DNA of 64,000 nt, taken from positions 1,736,001 through 1,800,000 of the forward strand of contig OX337232.1 of assembly GCA_946965045.2 (NCBI GenBank). Reading direction: 5' to 3'. The notes below the pieces were generated by a model, which did no database searches, was not told the DNA's origin, and saw nothing but the letters and a program-made list of their open reading frames with translations. The stretch comes from Epithemia pelagica (lineage: Eukaryota > Protista > Bacillariophyta). Made by a program: the position numbers and the translations under genes. Shown piece by piece: positions 11,791 to 22,395 of the stretch (the first letter of the stretch is position 1; each line of letters begins with the position of its first letter).

Positions 11791-14305
11791 CTACGACGAC
11801 GCAGCGACGAGCCCCTTTCCTGAGTTGATGGCGTAAAAAGTGTCGGCAAATACGAGAGAAAGCACAGCCATGAGTTTCATGACAATATTCAGAGCTGGGC
11901 CACTCGTGTCTTTGAATGGATCCCCGACAGTATCGCCAACCACGGCAGCCTTGTGGATATCCGATCCCTTGCCTTGAAGTTCACTATCAGGGCTGGCCTT
12001 TTCAATGTACTTTTTGGCATTGTCCCATGCACCACCCGAGTTGGACATACTCACGGCCAACTGAATGGACGCCACAAGGGCTCCCACCAAGAGACCAGCC
12101 ACGGCAGTAACTCCAAACAAGATTCCAGTCAAAAGAGGAGTGAAAATGACCATGGCTCCGGGAGGAACCATTTCTTTCAAACTGGCTTGCGTCGAGATCG
12201 CAATACAGGCATCGTAATCGGGACGTTCCGTTGGGTTGGCATCCAACAAGTGGGGCTTCTCGTCGAATTGACGCTGGACTTCCATCACCATTGCCATGGC
12301 AGCTTCTCCTACACTCTTCATGGTCAAAGCGGCAAAAGCAAACGGGATCATTCCACCGACAATCAAAAAGGCAAAAGTCAGAGGCTCCAACATGTTAACA
12401 CCACCTTCAAAAAGGATGGTATTGCCGGCGTCTTTCGAGGCGTGCTGGATTCGCGAGACAAAAGCTCCAAACAGGGCAAGTGAAACGAGAGCAGCGGAAC
12501 CAATCGCAAATCCTTTTCCAATGGCCGCAGTGGTGTTTCCAGCCGCGTCAAGTGCATCCGTTTTTTCACGGACACCAGGGTCCAACTCCGCCATTTCGGC
12601 AATTCCTGTCAAAAAGCAGATAAAAGTGAAAAAAGAGTTAAATTGGATGGATTGCAGTCTTGTACATTCCCATGTCTTTCGCAGAGTATTCTTACCTCCT
12701 GCATTATCACAAACAGGTCCATAGACATCAATGGTCAATCCCGTAGCCAAGTTGGAGAGGAAACCAATCGCCGCCAAGGCGACGCCGTACATGTCACAGA
12801 CGGTGAATGAACCAAAAATGACAATGGCCAACACCAATACAGGAATGATGGCAGACTTGTATCCCAGAGCAATACCGTAAATCATGTTAGTCGCGGCACC
12901 TGTCTTACACGAATTGGCAACCTCGCGGACCGGCTTGTAGCTGTGACTCGTGTAGTACTCGGTTACCAACCCAATAATGAGACCACCAACGGCACCCATT
13001 GCGACGCAAAGAACAGCTTTCCAAGGGTGCAGAGTCATGGGTTCGTTTCCGACCGTTCGGAGAAGAGTGAATGAATCGGGCAAAAAGAAGGTGGCGGTGT
13101 AGTAAATAGCCGGGATCATGACGACCGTCGTGGAAATGAGTTGGACTTTGAGTGCCATTTCCACATGACTTTCAGTCTTGACGGTGGCAATGTGCGTGGC
13201 AATAAAAGAGCAAAGCAAACAGACAAAGATTCCAACCGCGCTCACAACAATCGGAAAGACCATGGCGTCCCAGTCACCGGCGGCACCGATACTGCTTCCA
13301 ATGACGAGGGCGGCGCACGTGGATTCGGCAAAGGATCCAAACAGATCACTTCCCATACCAGCCACATCACCCACATTGTCGCCTACATTATCGGCAATCG
13401 TAGCGGGGTTACGAGGGTCATCTTCAGGAATACCGTGAACCACTTTCCCCACAAGATCCGCACCGACATCGGCAGCCTTGGTGTAGATACCGCCACCCAC
13501 ACGACCAAACATGGCAATGACGGAACCTCCAAGACCATATCCAGTAATACACTCCGTCAAGTAGGACCATTCTTCGCCCTTGTTGTAATGAAGGCGGAAC
13601 AAGAGCATGGTCATGTAGAGCATCAAAAGACCGGCGGCACAGAGGGCGAAACCCATGACTGCACCAGCGCGAAAGGCCGTATTGAAACAGGCGGTCCAGC
13701 CAGGCTTCTGAGCCGAAACCGTGGTACGCACGTTACTGTAGACAGCAACCTTCATCCCAAGGTACCCACTTGCCATGGAAGTGACAGCGCCGAGGACAAA
13801 GGAAAGCGCCGTGAAACCGCCTCGTGCAAAGTCCCATCCTGTTCCCCAGGACACAAGCACAAGAATGATGATACAGAATACTGCAATGAAAAGAGCACAG
13901 ACATTGTATTCCGCCCGCAAGAATGACTCGGCACCTTCGTAAATGGCTTCGTAGATTTCCTTCAGTCGTGCCGTCTTTTCATCATTGTCACTCGAACTCA
14001 ACAAAGCAGTTCCTTCATTGTCTTGAGAGGCAAACGATTGGACTGGAATTTGAGCAATGATTCGGAACTGGAGGTAGGCCCACAACAGGCCAACCACCCC
14101 CGCCAAAAAGATTACCTGGGATGCCGATAACTGAAGATACCATGGAGCATGGAGTGAGAAACCCAAAAAATGAAGCCGACGTATCAATCAGTATTCTCGA
14201 ATCTCAGGGCGCGTTCGGAATGCCATACTGTTCTCTATGGAACCACACCGGTCGATTGCCATAGGACGGGACTAGTTCGATGATGGCGCATTGGTCACTT
14301 ACCAT
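11791..14305 (-). CDS. VP1: K+-dependent vacuolar-type H+-translocating pyrophosphatase; exons 14305-14303 (ATG only), 14130-12696, 12605-11791
   Basis: [10 protein letters not shown]…[32 protein letters not shown] and [14 protein letters not shown]. Introns 14131-14302 (ATG|GTAAGT…TTCAG) and 12606-12695 restore M-LSASQV and DNAGG|IAEM. Confidence 0.96.
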
Positions 14306-14625
14306 GGTGTCAAGGTCGGTATCCAAGATTTTGAGGATCAAGCGCCTTCAACTGGATCGCGCACAATGCTGGACTCGACGAAAGATGACAATCGGAGTTT
14401 GCTCTTGACACTTCCCCACGACACGCTTCAGTGACGTGTTACGTGTTGGCTTTTTGGCCACAGGTCTGGCCGTCTCTCGCCTCTGCGCGGAGGATGTGCG
14501 ACCGCGTCCGAGTTGACAACTTCCTCTCTTCATTTTTCTGCTTCCATCAAACAAGCAAGAAGCGAGACGCACATTGGACCTGGAGCCATCGAAACAGATT
14601 GACAAACAGCCGTATTCTGAAGAAA

Positions 14626-16596
14626 ATGACAATGGGGATTTGTCATAGATCTATGTTGATGCTGTGGTTGACCTTGGGTCTTCTAGCTACAGTCCCGTGT
14701 GATTCGACAAGCAGGTCCCCTGCCTTCCCTTTGGACGGTCGGTACATTGGACAAGGAAACTGGATATCACATTTGATGAAGCAACGACAGAGTTCTGTGG
14801 GTAAAAGATACTTTGCTATGGATCGGGTGAGTAGAGATGTACTTTGCTTGCAACGAGGTGGAAGTTCAGAGGCTCCTGTCCCGAAGAAAAGGCCCTTGTT
14901 CCTGGGACGTTTGGGAATTTCCAAAAACAACACATCATCCCCCGAAACCAAGCCACAAGAGGAGCAGGAGCAGAAGAGTCCCAACCCCCCTCAAGAATCC
15001 CCAAAAGAAAAACGCCGACGACAAAGCCCAGTAGGGAATGAAACGGATAGCAAACCGGACGAGAAGAAACGAGAGGGATCCAAGGCGAACAAGAACAACA
15101 AGACTTCTCCAACCAGTTCGTCGGGCAACACGACAGTGACAGAGGGAGGGAAAAAACCATCTACACAGGTCCCAGATCAAACAACAGTCACCGTGGCTCC
15201 ACCACCTCCTACCTATCATCTCGTTCGAGGTCAACCAAACATGATCCGACCGGCACCTCCTGCCTCTGAGAAGAACGCCTTGATTGTCGAGGTGTTGTCA
15301 CGCTTGCTTACACGCGCTGTCTTTGTGGTCTGGTCCTGGCGGTGGTTTTTTGGTCACGACAAGATTGTCCCTGTGCAACATTTTGTATGGTAAGTCGATT
15401 TCGAACGGTTTGTATGAAACACCCTTTTTCGGGCGCTCATTTTCAAGCGTTTTTCATGATATTATAAGGGAACGCCTGAACGATCGTTACTCCAAAGATG
15501 CTTCTGTTCTAAGAAGCGAGTTAAATGAACCACCAGTTGGCGTTGGGAAGTGGCGCTGGCACATACTGCACAAATGGCGAGTATTGCAGTCCCACCATCC
15601 ACAGCCCAAACCGTTGAGTGAAACCTTCAATCGGACGGTGGTAGTCATGGAACTGAGCAGTAAAGGTGGACAAATGGAACTGCCCTTTCTGACCGAAGCA
15701 GTCTCGTTCTTGGTGGACGAGTTCCGAGCCCGCGCCTTTGGCGTTGCAAAAGTCAATGGGCAACCACTACCACTGGAAGTAATTCTATTGGTCTCGGTAA
15801 GACAATCTGAAAGTAACGGAATGATCCAGCACGCATCAAGTTCTAATCAATGTGTTTCGTTCAGTCACCAGGCGGCTCCGTAACCCACTATGGGCTAGGA
15901 GCTGCACAGGTACAGCGATTGAAACGAGAGGAAGGAATCACACTGACAGTTTGTGTGGATCGGACCGCTGCGAGTGGAGGCTACATGATTGCCAGCCAAG
16001 CCGACACGCTCATTGCGGCTCCATTCGCCTCCATAGGAAGTGTCGGTGTTCTGGTGGAGGGCTTCAATTTGAATGAGGTGTCACGCTTGTATGGCGTCCG
16101 TCCCATCTCACTGAAATCCGGCAAATACAAAAATACTCTTTCCACCTTTGGACCCATTTCATCGACGGACGAGAAATTCGAAACAGAGCGACTAACCCGT
16201 GTCCACGAAGCGTTTCAAGATCTGGTGATATCCAGCCGACCTGCCCTGGCCGATCGCAAGGACGTCCTAGAAGGTCAAGTATACTGTGGTTCGGAGGCAT
16301 TGGAGTTGGATATGATTGACAAAGTAATGACATCGCATGAATACATTATGGAGCGCATTGGTGAAGGTGATCGTGTCTTAAAGCTCCATCCAGCAAAGTC
16401 GCGACCAAAACATCAACGGAAGAACATTCCCATTTCTCCTCATGATCTACTCCCTTACTTGCAATCTTGGGTTTCCAATAATGCAAATCCAGAGAGGATC
16501 GTATCGCTGCTCACGAAATACGGTCCCATGGTTGGGTTTGCCAATCATATCGTTCGTCAAATTATCCAGTTTTACTCCCCGACTCAAGACTATTAA
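14626..16596 (+). CDS. S49-family serine peptidase (SohB/SppA-like); 3 exons (14626-15389, 15469-15796, 15865-16596)
   Basis: SPGGSV, VDRTAASGGYMIAS (catalytic Ser), APFASIGSVGV and GKYKN (Lys). N-terminal signal peptide and a mid TM. Frame-consistent GT-AG introns. Confidence 0.88.
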
Positions 16597-16817
16597 GTGA
16601 TAGCTACCATGTCTAATATAGAATCTCCTTTCAGCGCCAGCCTTAGATGACATGGAGCGTAACCTTGAAACGATTGGTTGAGGAGACAGAGAAGTGCCAG
16701 TTGTTGAATGAGTGAAGGCCAGGCAAAATCGGCTGCAGCTGCAGGCGAACGCCATTGTAGACAGCACTCGAAGGAAATGAAAGTTTCTTGAAAGTGATTT
16801 CCAGTATCCACAAAAAT

Positions 16818-17120
16818 TTATTTCTCGTCAGCTCCCAAAATCCTCTTCTTCCGAAGTGCCTTTTTGGCTTCTTCAACTTCTTGCTCGAGTTCAACAGACG
16901 CTTGTTTATGGTCTTTTAAGGCAAGGACTCCATACACCACGGAACAAACACCATATATCCCCAACAACAGGACCCCCCATAGCGGTGCCCATTCAACTAC
17001 GATCTTCACCATCAAAGATGGAGCTGACGATGACTGAGAAATCAAATTGATGGCTCCAAGCCATATCGATAGCAAGACAACGCCGTAAATGCTGAATATT
17101 TGCCATCTCAAGAATCCCAT
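16818..17120 (-). CDS. DPM3: Dolichol-phosphate mannosyltransferase subunit 3
   Basis: 100 aa with two TM helices, then a DPM3-like C-terminus (…VVYGVLALKDHKQASVELEQEVEEAKKAL). Confidence 0.8.
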   Translation of the reverse strand: MGFLRWQIFSIYGVVLLSIWLGAINLISQSSSAPSLMVKIVVEWAPLWGVLLLGIYGVCSVVYGVLALKDHKQASVELEQEVEEAKKALRKKRILGADEK

Positions 17121-18469
17121 CTTCGTCGTCTTTGAGCGTGGCGCGGCATTGGTTATTGGTTGCTACTTGCTTTAGTGTAGCTATCGATGCTACCTTTTCA
17201 CCTTGTATCCAAGAGTGTAGGTTAGGGCTTTCTCTATCGACCTACTCCTACTCCTACAAATCCTATACAGTCAGTGCAAGGCTTTGTCCCGCGAAATACT
17301 TCTTCCCATACGAGCTCGTACCCTACAATACACCTAAGGGGATTGACGGCACCGTCTCAAGGAGTACACCTATCCACCATGGACATGGACCATGGCAATA
17401 GAACATTGTAGAAGGAAGTAGGAGTGAGAGTGAGTCCTTCAGTTTTCTGAATTCTGAACTGAAGAACCACGGTTGTTGCACCCCTGACAAGTGTATCTAA
17501 TGTCAACGAGTGGAATGCTTGTGTCTGTGTCCCCGGTCCCCGTAATTCGTAATGAGATTTGAGATTACCTTTTTGGCGGGTTACGCGGGTATGTCTTTGA
17601 GATTTCTCTCAAAAAAGTGGAGGGGAGAAAGATATTGATTCTTTCTAGTGTACTTCCCCCCTGATCGAGATCCGATTTTAGCCGCGCTTTCTATGTACTA
17701 CTATTTTCTTTTCATTGAGACGAAACTGGTACGATTTGATAGGCTGTTGTATCCGTTAACGAGTTGATTCTCGTCTGTTGGAGTCGCCGTTCGTTTGTGT
17801 ATTTAAGACCAACGGAGTCAGAATCAATTAAATAATCATATACAAGACCCGACCGGAGCATTTGAATCCCACGGTTTGTAAGTGGGCGCGTGGTGAACAT
17901 GAATCAAAATCATCAAAAATCAAAATGTGACAACTCATCGAGTACAAAGTTTCCACTTCTAAATTTTAATACACATGAGATATGTGAGCGCTTGGATCAT
18001 TTGGAACCCAAAATGTGCGCGCACTCCCATGCTCTATTTTAGATATGCCCCCCTCGCCTGTGGGCGATGAAAGTACTCGACAAATACATTCGGATATGTG
18101 CTGTAGCCGTCCCCATATCGTATTTGTCTCATTACGTTTCGTTCGCCTGTTCGCCCAAACGGGAAACTAGAGAGTTTGAAGCGAGACACCTTTTCTTTAC
18201 ACGTCCGATTTTTGGCCAGTTTGAAAGTCAATCTCGATTAAGCCTTATAGGGCGTGTGATGCCGGAGCACTGAACCTGTCACATAGTCACGAAAAGAATC
18301 GCCTCATTCATTGCCATTCCACCTCTCGCTCTTCTGCGATTGTAAATCGTCTCCGTTCTCGGACCAATTATCATCTCAACAGAGGTTCATGACCGTCTCC
18401 TACCGGTAGTCTCGAGAGTCGAGAGTCGCAAGAAGGAAAGACGAAACTCAGGCCGTGTCATCAAAAGTC

Positions 18470-20428
18470 ATGATGCCGGTGAAAGCAAGAGTAATACTAC
18501 GACGATGGTTTCACCACAGGACAAGGTCCGAATATCGAGAATTGACTGAAGACAACGAGAAAATTATTCCAGACAAAATTCATGACTGGACCACTGTCCC
18601 TGGTCTGATTGTAGAGGACGGTGAAGGTCTTCTCTGCGTTGAGGAGGAGGAGGATTGCCATGGACAGGTCCACAAACCAAAGAAAGATCATTACGTGAAA
18701 AGATCCTCGAGATGCAAAGAACCAATTGCCGATATGGAGGGAGTTGTCCAAAGACTAAGCAGATCAGAATCCTATGAGACTCTTGAAACAGAAGAGGAGT
18801 CTGATCTGGCAGACCATGAACATAGCCCGAAGCGACAACGATCGATCCGCTGGGCTGACGATGAGGGGAGAAAACTCGTTGTTCGTCATGTGGTTCAAAT
18901 ACTCAAGCCTCTGAATGTCCGCGTTGTCATTCTGATGCTCAATCCTGCAGAGAAAACTTTTGAGTTTGTTCAGTGTGAGTTTCATAGTGACGAGCGTCTC
19001 ACAGTCTGTGATCTCTTGGTACAATTGCCCTTCATGGCTTCCATGGAGTCACTGAAGAAGCAAAGATACGCGGCTCTCTACAGAGGAGAACGAGAAATGG
19101 TCAACATCATTTCAATCCAGGATTACGATATCGTCGAAGGTGAGATTCTAGTAGCTGTGTCTTCAACAGCCAATCCGAAACAAGCAATTGCCGCTGCAGC
19201 AGCCTTGCTTCTACAACGTAGTTTACTGCGAGCAGTGCAGAAAGCGAAACTGTCTGGACGGGCGCTCCAAAAGCTGATGAGTAGTGCAGAGCTCGCAAAA
19301 GTCCTCGAGGGTGCTGGGCGACCAAACCCAGCAAATCATTTGTATGAGGAAGATGAAGAATCTCGGGAAGATTGCCGACTTGTTCTGAGAGTTCTAAGCA
19401 AGGAGCTTGGGGAACATCGGGCCGAAGCCTGCGAACAGCAGGGTTCTTCGGATGATGAAGAAGAGGATGATCAAGAACAAGCTGCTTTTCCATTCATTTC
19501 TGTACCCGAGTTAAACGATGACGAATTCCGTCTGTTTGAGCAGGCAACGATTGACCCTTATTCTCCGGTCGCGAGGGGAAGAATGGCCGAGATACCGCCC
19601 AACTTGTTGCTAGATGATGGCTGTCATTTCAAGCCTCCATTTCGTTCATACGAAGAGGACAATATTGTATGGGACGAGATTTCCTCTGGAGAGGAAGATA
19701 TAGGTGAAATGGATGAACCTGAGCCGGTTGTCAGCTTTTCATCAGTGAACAACGAGGAAGCTGATGGTGAGGCACGTGAACACGTTGAAGAATATGTAGG
19801 AATGACTGCATTCGCGGAAGATCCTGACATCGATGATGATGAATGTATACATAAGAGAAGTCGATCAGAAGACCAAGAGACTCTATTGTTGGTTTCCTCT
19901 GATGAGAGCGGTCCTGGTTCCTGCGCAGAAGGTTATGCCAACACAAGTTATGAGGATAACGAACTACTCCAAGAAATGTCAGATGATTTAGATCCCATAC
20001 CCAAACTAGAGGACTCACTTGATGACGAAGACTTCGACGATTATGATGATGACCAAGACGAGCCCCCAGAACTACCCGAACGGGAAGTATGCGAGCTATC
20101 ACATATATCTGAGGTTGACACGCTAGAAGAGAACGACGATGTAACGACCGCTCTTACACTGAGCCAGCACGATTCGGAGGATAGTACAGACGTAGTATCA
20201 AATATACCCGAGATTGGATCAACGGGAGTGGGAGAAGGAAGTGTGAACATTCCCCAACGCTTGGCTGAAGAAGTGACTATGCAACTTGAAGAAAAGGCTG
20301 TATACGAAGCATCCACCGTTTGCATCGCCGTCGCTCTTCTACTTGGATCTATGAACAAGATTTCATCTCCTCGCATGTCATCGCATCTGAAACTCCAGCC
20401 CATCGAGGTGCAAGAAGCTGAGGTGTAA
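18470..20428 (+). CDS. Hypothetical acidic protein with one globular domain
   Basis: Long single ORF. Ordered segment VVILMLNP…FEFVQCEF…LLVQLP…EGEILVAV, followed by a D/E-rich disordered C-half and a short hydrophobic tail. Confidence 0.75.
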   Translation: MMPVKARVILRRWFHHRTRSEYRELTEDNEKIIPDKIHDWTTVPGLIVEDGEGLLCVEEEEDCHGQVHKPKKDHYVKRSSRCKEPIADMEGVVQRLSRSESYETLETEEESDLADHEHSPKRQRSIRWADDEGRKLVVRHVVQILKPLNVRVVILMLNPAEKTFEFVQCEFHSDERLTVCDLLVQLPFMASMESLKKQRYAALYRGEREMVNIISIQDYDIVEGEILVAVSSTANPKQAIAAAAALLLQRSLLRAVQKAKLSGRALQKLMSSAELAKVLEGAGRPNPANHLYEEDEESREDCRLVLRVLSKELGEHRAEACEQQGSSDDEEEDDQEQAAFPFISVPELNDDEFRLFEQATIDPYSPVARGRMAEIPPNLLLDDGCHFKPPFRSYEEDNIVWDEISSGEEDIGEMDEPEPVVSFSSVNNEEADGEAREHVEEYVGMTAFAEDPDIDDDECIHKRSRSEDQETLLLVSSDESGPGSCAEGYANTSYEDNELLQEMSDDLDPIPKLEDSLDDEDFDDYDDDQDEPPELPEREVCELSHISEVDTLEENDDVTTALTLSQHDSEDSTDVVSNIPEIGSTGVGEGSVNIPQRLAEEVTMQLEEKAVYEASTVCIAVALLLGSMNKISSPRMSSHLKLQPIEVQEAEV

Positions 20429-20962
20429 CAAAGATACAAGCATTACAGGTTTAGTTTCGCCTGAAGCCGAAGCTCCGTCATCAATGCTCGGTTACCCTCT
20501 CACACGGGGTTGAGAAACAAAAATGCATACTATCTCTTCGAAAGTTGATTGCGTTTTTCCTTTCATGTTGGTCGTGTATTGACTGGCACAAGATCAACAT
20601 CCCATGCGATCCAGGTCACTGAGTTATATACCCTACAAGCAGCAGTCGAGCTTATTGCCTTTAAACCTGACTGAATATGAGGTTAACTAACGATCACGAA
20701 AGCATCAGGCAGTATAATTCATTCACTTTTGCCACACTTTTGGCTATGGGTCACAGCTTTCTTCTCGGACATAGTCGATTCTTCTTTCGGACAACCGACA
20801 TCCTCGGTAAACGATGGTTGTCGTGTGCTGTGTAGTGATGAGGAAGAGCATTTCCTCGTAGCCGTGTTTTCCATAACCATCTCTACTCACTTGAATGTGA
20901 TGATTGCGAAATCTTTCTGGAAAATAAATGCATTCACCAATACTCCATCTTCCGGTGTCGGC

Positions 20963-22156
20963 TTATGAGCCTGTCAATTTGGATATTACAAAAATTCCCA
21001 GCGGACTGTCCAGAAGAAGATTGGAGACACCAACCGCAAGGAAAACCCCGAGAATATCCATGATGACTTGGATTGATGTAGAACTATGGGCAGGGTCGAC
21101 ACCAGCCCGTTTCAGTGCGAGTGGAAGAACCGCACCAAGACATATACTTGAAAACACAATGAGAAAAAGAGCCGACGTAATAGCAATTGTCTCAGGGAAC
21201 GGTGTTGAAAAGGCCATGGCTCGAAGAAAACCAGCAGACGTCAGCAGAGAACTTAGTGAAATGGCCATTTTGAGTTCCCGAACCAAGAATTGGCCCTGAG
21301 TGGACGGATTCAACGTTCTCAAAGCGAGTCCTCGTATGACTCTCACACTAGCTTGATTACCGGCATTACCTCCAGCACCAACCAGCATGGTCAGAAAGTA
21401 GACAATCTCTGGGTGATTGGAAATGAGAGACTCATTTCGGGAAAGAATGATACCACTAAATGATTGCAAAAGCAAGAGTCCAATTAACCAGACAGCCCGT
21501 TCTCGCAAAGCCTGCCAGTAAGACACTGTGGGCTCCAATGGACAGGCTCCCTCTTCCAAACTATCACACCATTCGTCCCCTTCACCTTCAAAGGTTTCCA
21601 AAATGATTCGTGGTTGTATGTCGTTTTCGGTAGTCCGAAGACTCAGCGCAGCGTTGTCGTCCTCCAACTTGTTGATCGTTTCAAGCAAAAGCTGATTTTC
21701 TTGTTTCAGTTGATCGAGCTGGTACCTCAATTCTTCTTCCGATAGTTCATCATAAATATTCGATTTTCCGGTGTCACCCTGACGTTCTTTTTGTGACAAC
21801 TTTTCTTCCTTGCTACTGCTGCCATAAAGCTGTGCTGATTGACCCAGTCTTGTTCTCATATTACGTGAAGGAATTCTTTCTCGAGTCACAGAAACAAGCG
21901 ATTTCCATAGCGAGGGTTCATGCATCTGAGCCAAAGAGTTGCATGCCGATGTGGCTTGCCTTCGTGCACGAGAAGCCGACGCGGAGAAGAGAGGAGATCT
22001 GTAAGCACCAGCAACATGTCCTGGTGACTGCCATGCATGTACCATGAAGCAACCATTATTACCGAGAGAAATTATTAAGAATATGTGAAGTAACGTTCGT
22101 GCAACCAATTCCACCTTTAATCGGAGCAAACGTGTTCTTTGAAGTCCTTCTTTCAT
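20963..22156 (-). CDS. MgtE-family divalent cation transporter (membrane domain only) with N-terminal extension
   Basis: RERAVWLIGLL, MLVGAGGNAGNQ and DPAHSSTSIQVIMDILG match the MgtE integral membrane domain. Upstream coiled coil and probable targeting peptide. Start uncertain. Confidence 0.85.
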   Translation of the reverse strand: MKEGLQRTRLLRLKVELVARTLLHIFLIISLGNNGCFMVHAWQSPGHVAGAYRSPLFSASASRARRQATSACNSLAQMHEPSLWKSLVSVTRERIPSRNMRTRLGQSAQLYGSSSKEEKLSQKERQGDTGKSNIYDELSEEELRYQLDQLKQENQLLLETINKLEDDNAALSLRTTENDIQPRIILETFEGEGDEWCDSLEEGACPLEPTVSYWQALRERAVWLIGLLLLQSFSGIILSRNESLISNHPEIVYFLTMLVGAGGNAGNQASVRVIRGLALRTLNPSTQGQFLVRELKMAISLSSLLTSAGFLRAMAFSTPFPETIAITSALFLIVFSSICLGAVLPLALKRAGVDPAHSSTSIQVIMDILGVFLAVGVSNLLLDSPLGIFVISKLTGS

Positions 22157-22395
22157 GTTTTTCTTTTTTATGCGGCCTCAATCGACGCCTTGATGGCTGT
22201 CGTCCGTTGAAATACGCCTCAGCGGGTTGAAGTAGATGGACCTTCGAAATCAATTACTGAAATAAAACATGTGTTTCCAATTTAACGATAATAGCGATAG
22301 GGTGTTTTTGATCATCTTTGCCCCTCCCACGTCAGACGTCAGACCCATTTTTTCCAAATTCTTACTTCTCGCCCTTTCTCTGTGCCTCGACCAGA

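Noticed and set aside
11916-13934. Long antisense ORFs over the PPase, Gag, Pol and other genes
   Set aside because: Shadow ORFs of strongly conserved sense genes, with no independent motifs.
17130-18450. Possible TE remnant in a 1.3-kb intergenic stretch (CGTAATTCGTAAT at ~17561 resembles the MITE TIR)
   Set aside because: No matching second end or TSD found, and the similarity is too short.
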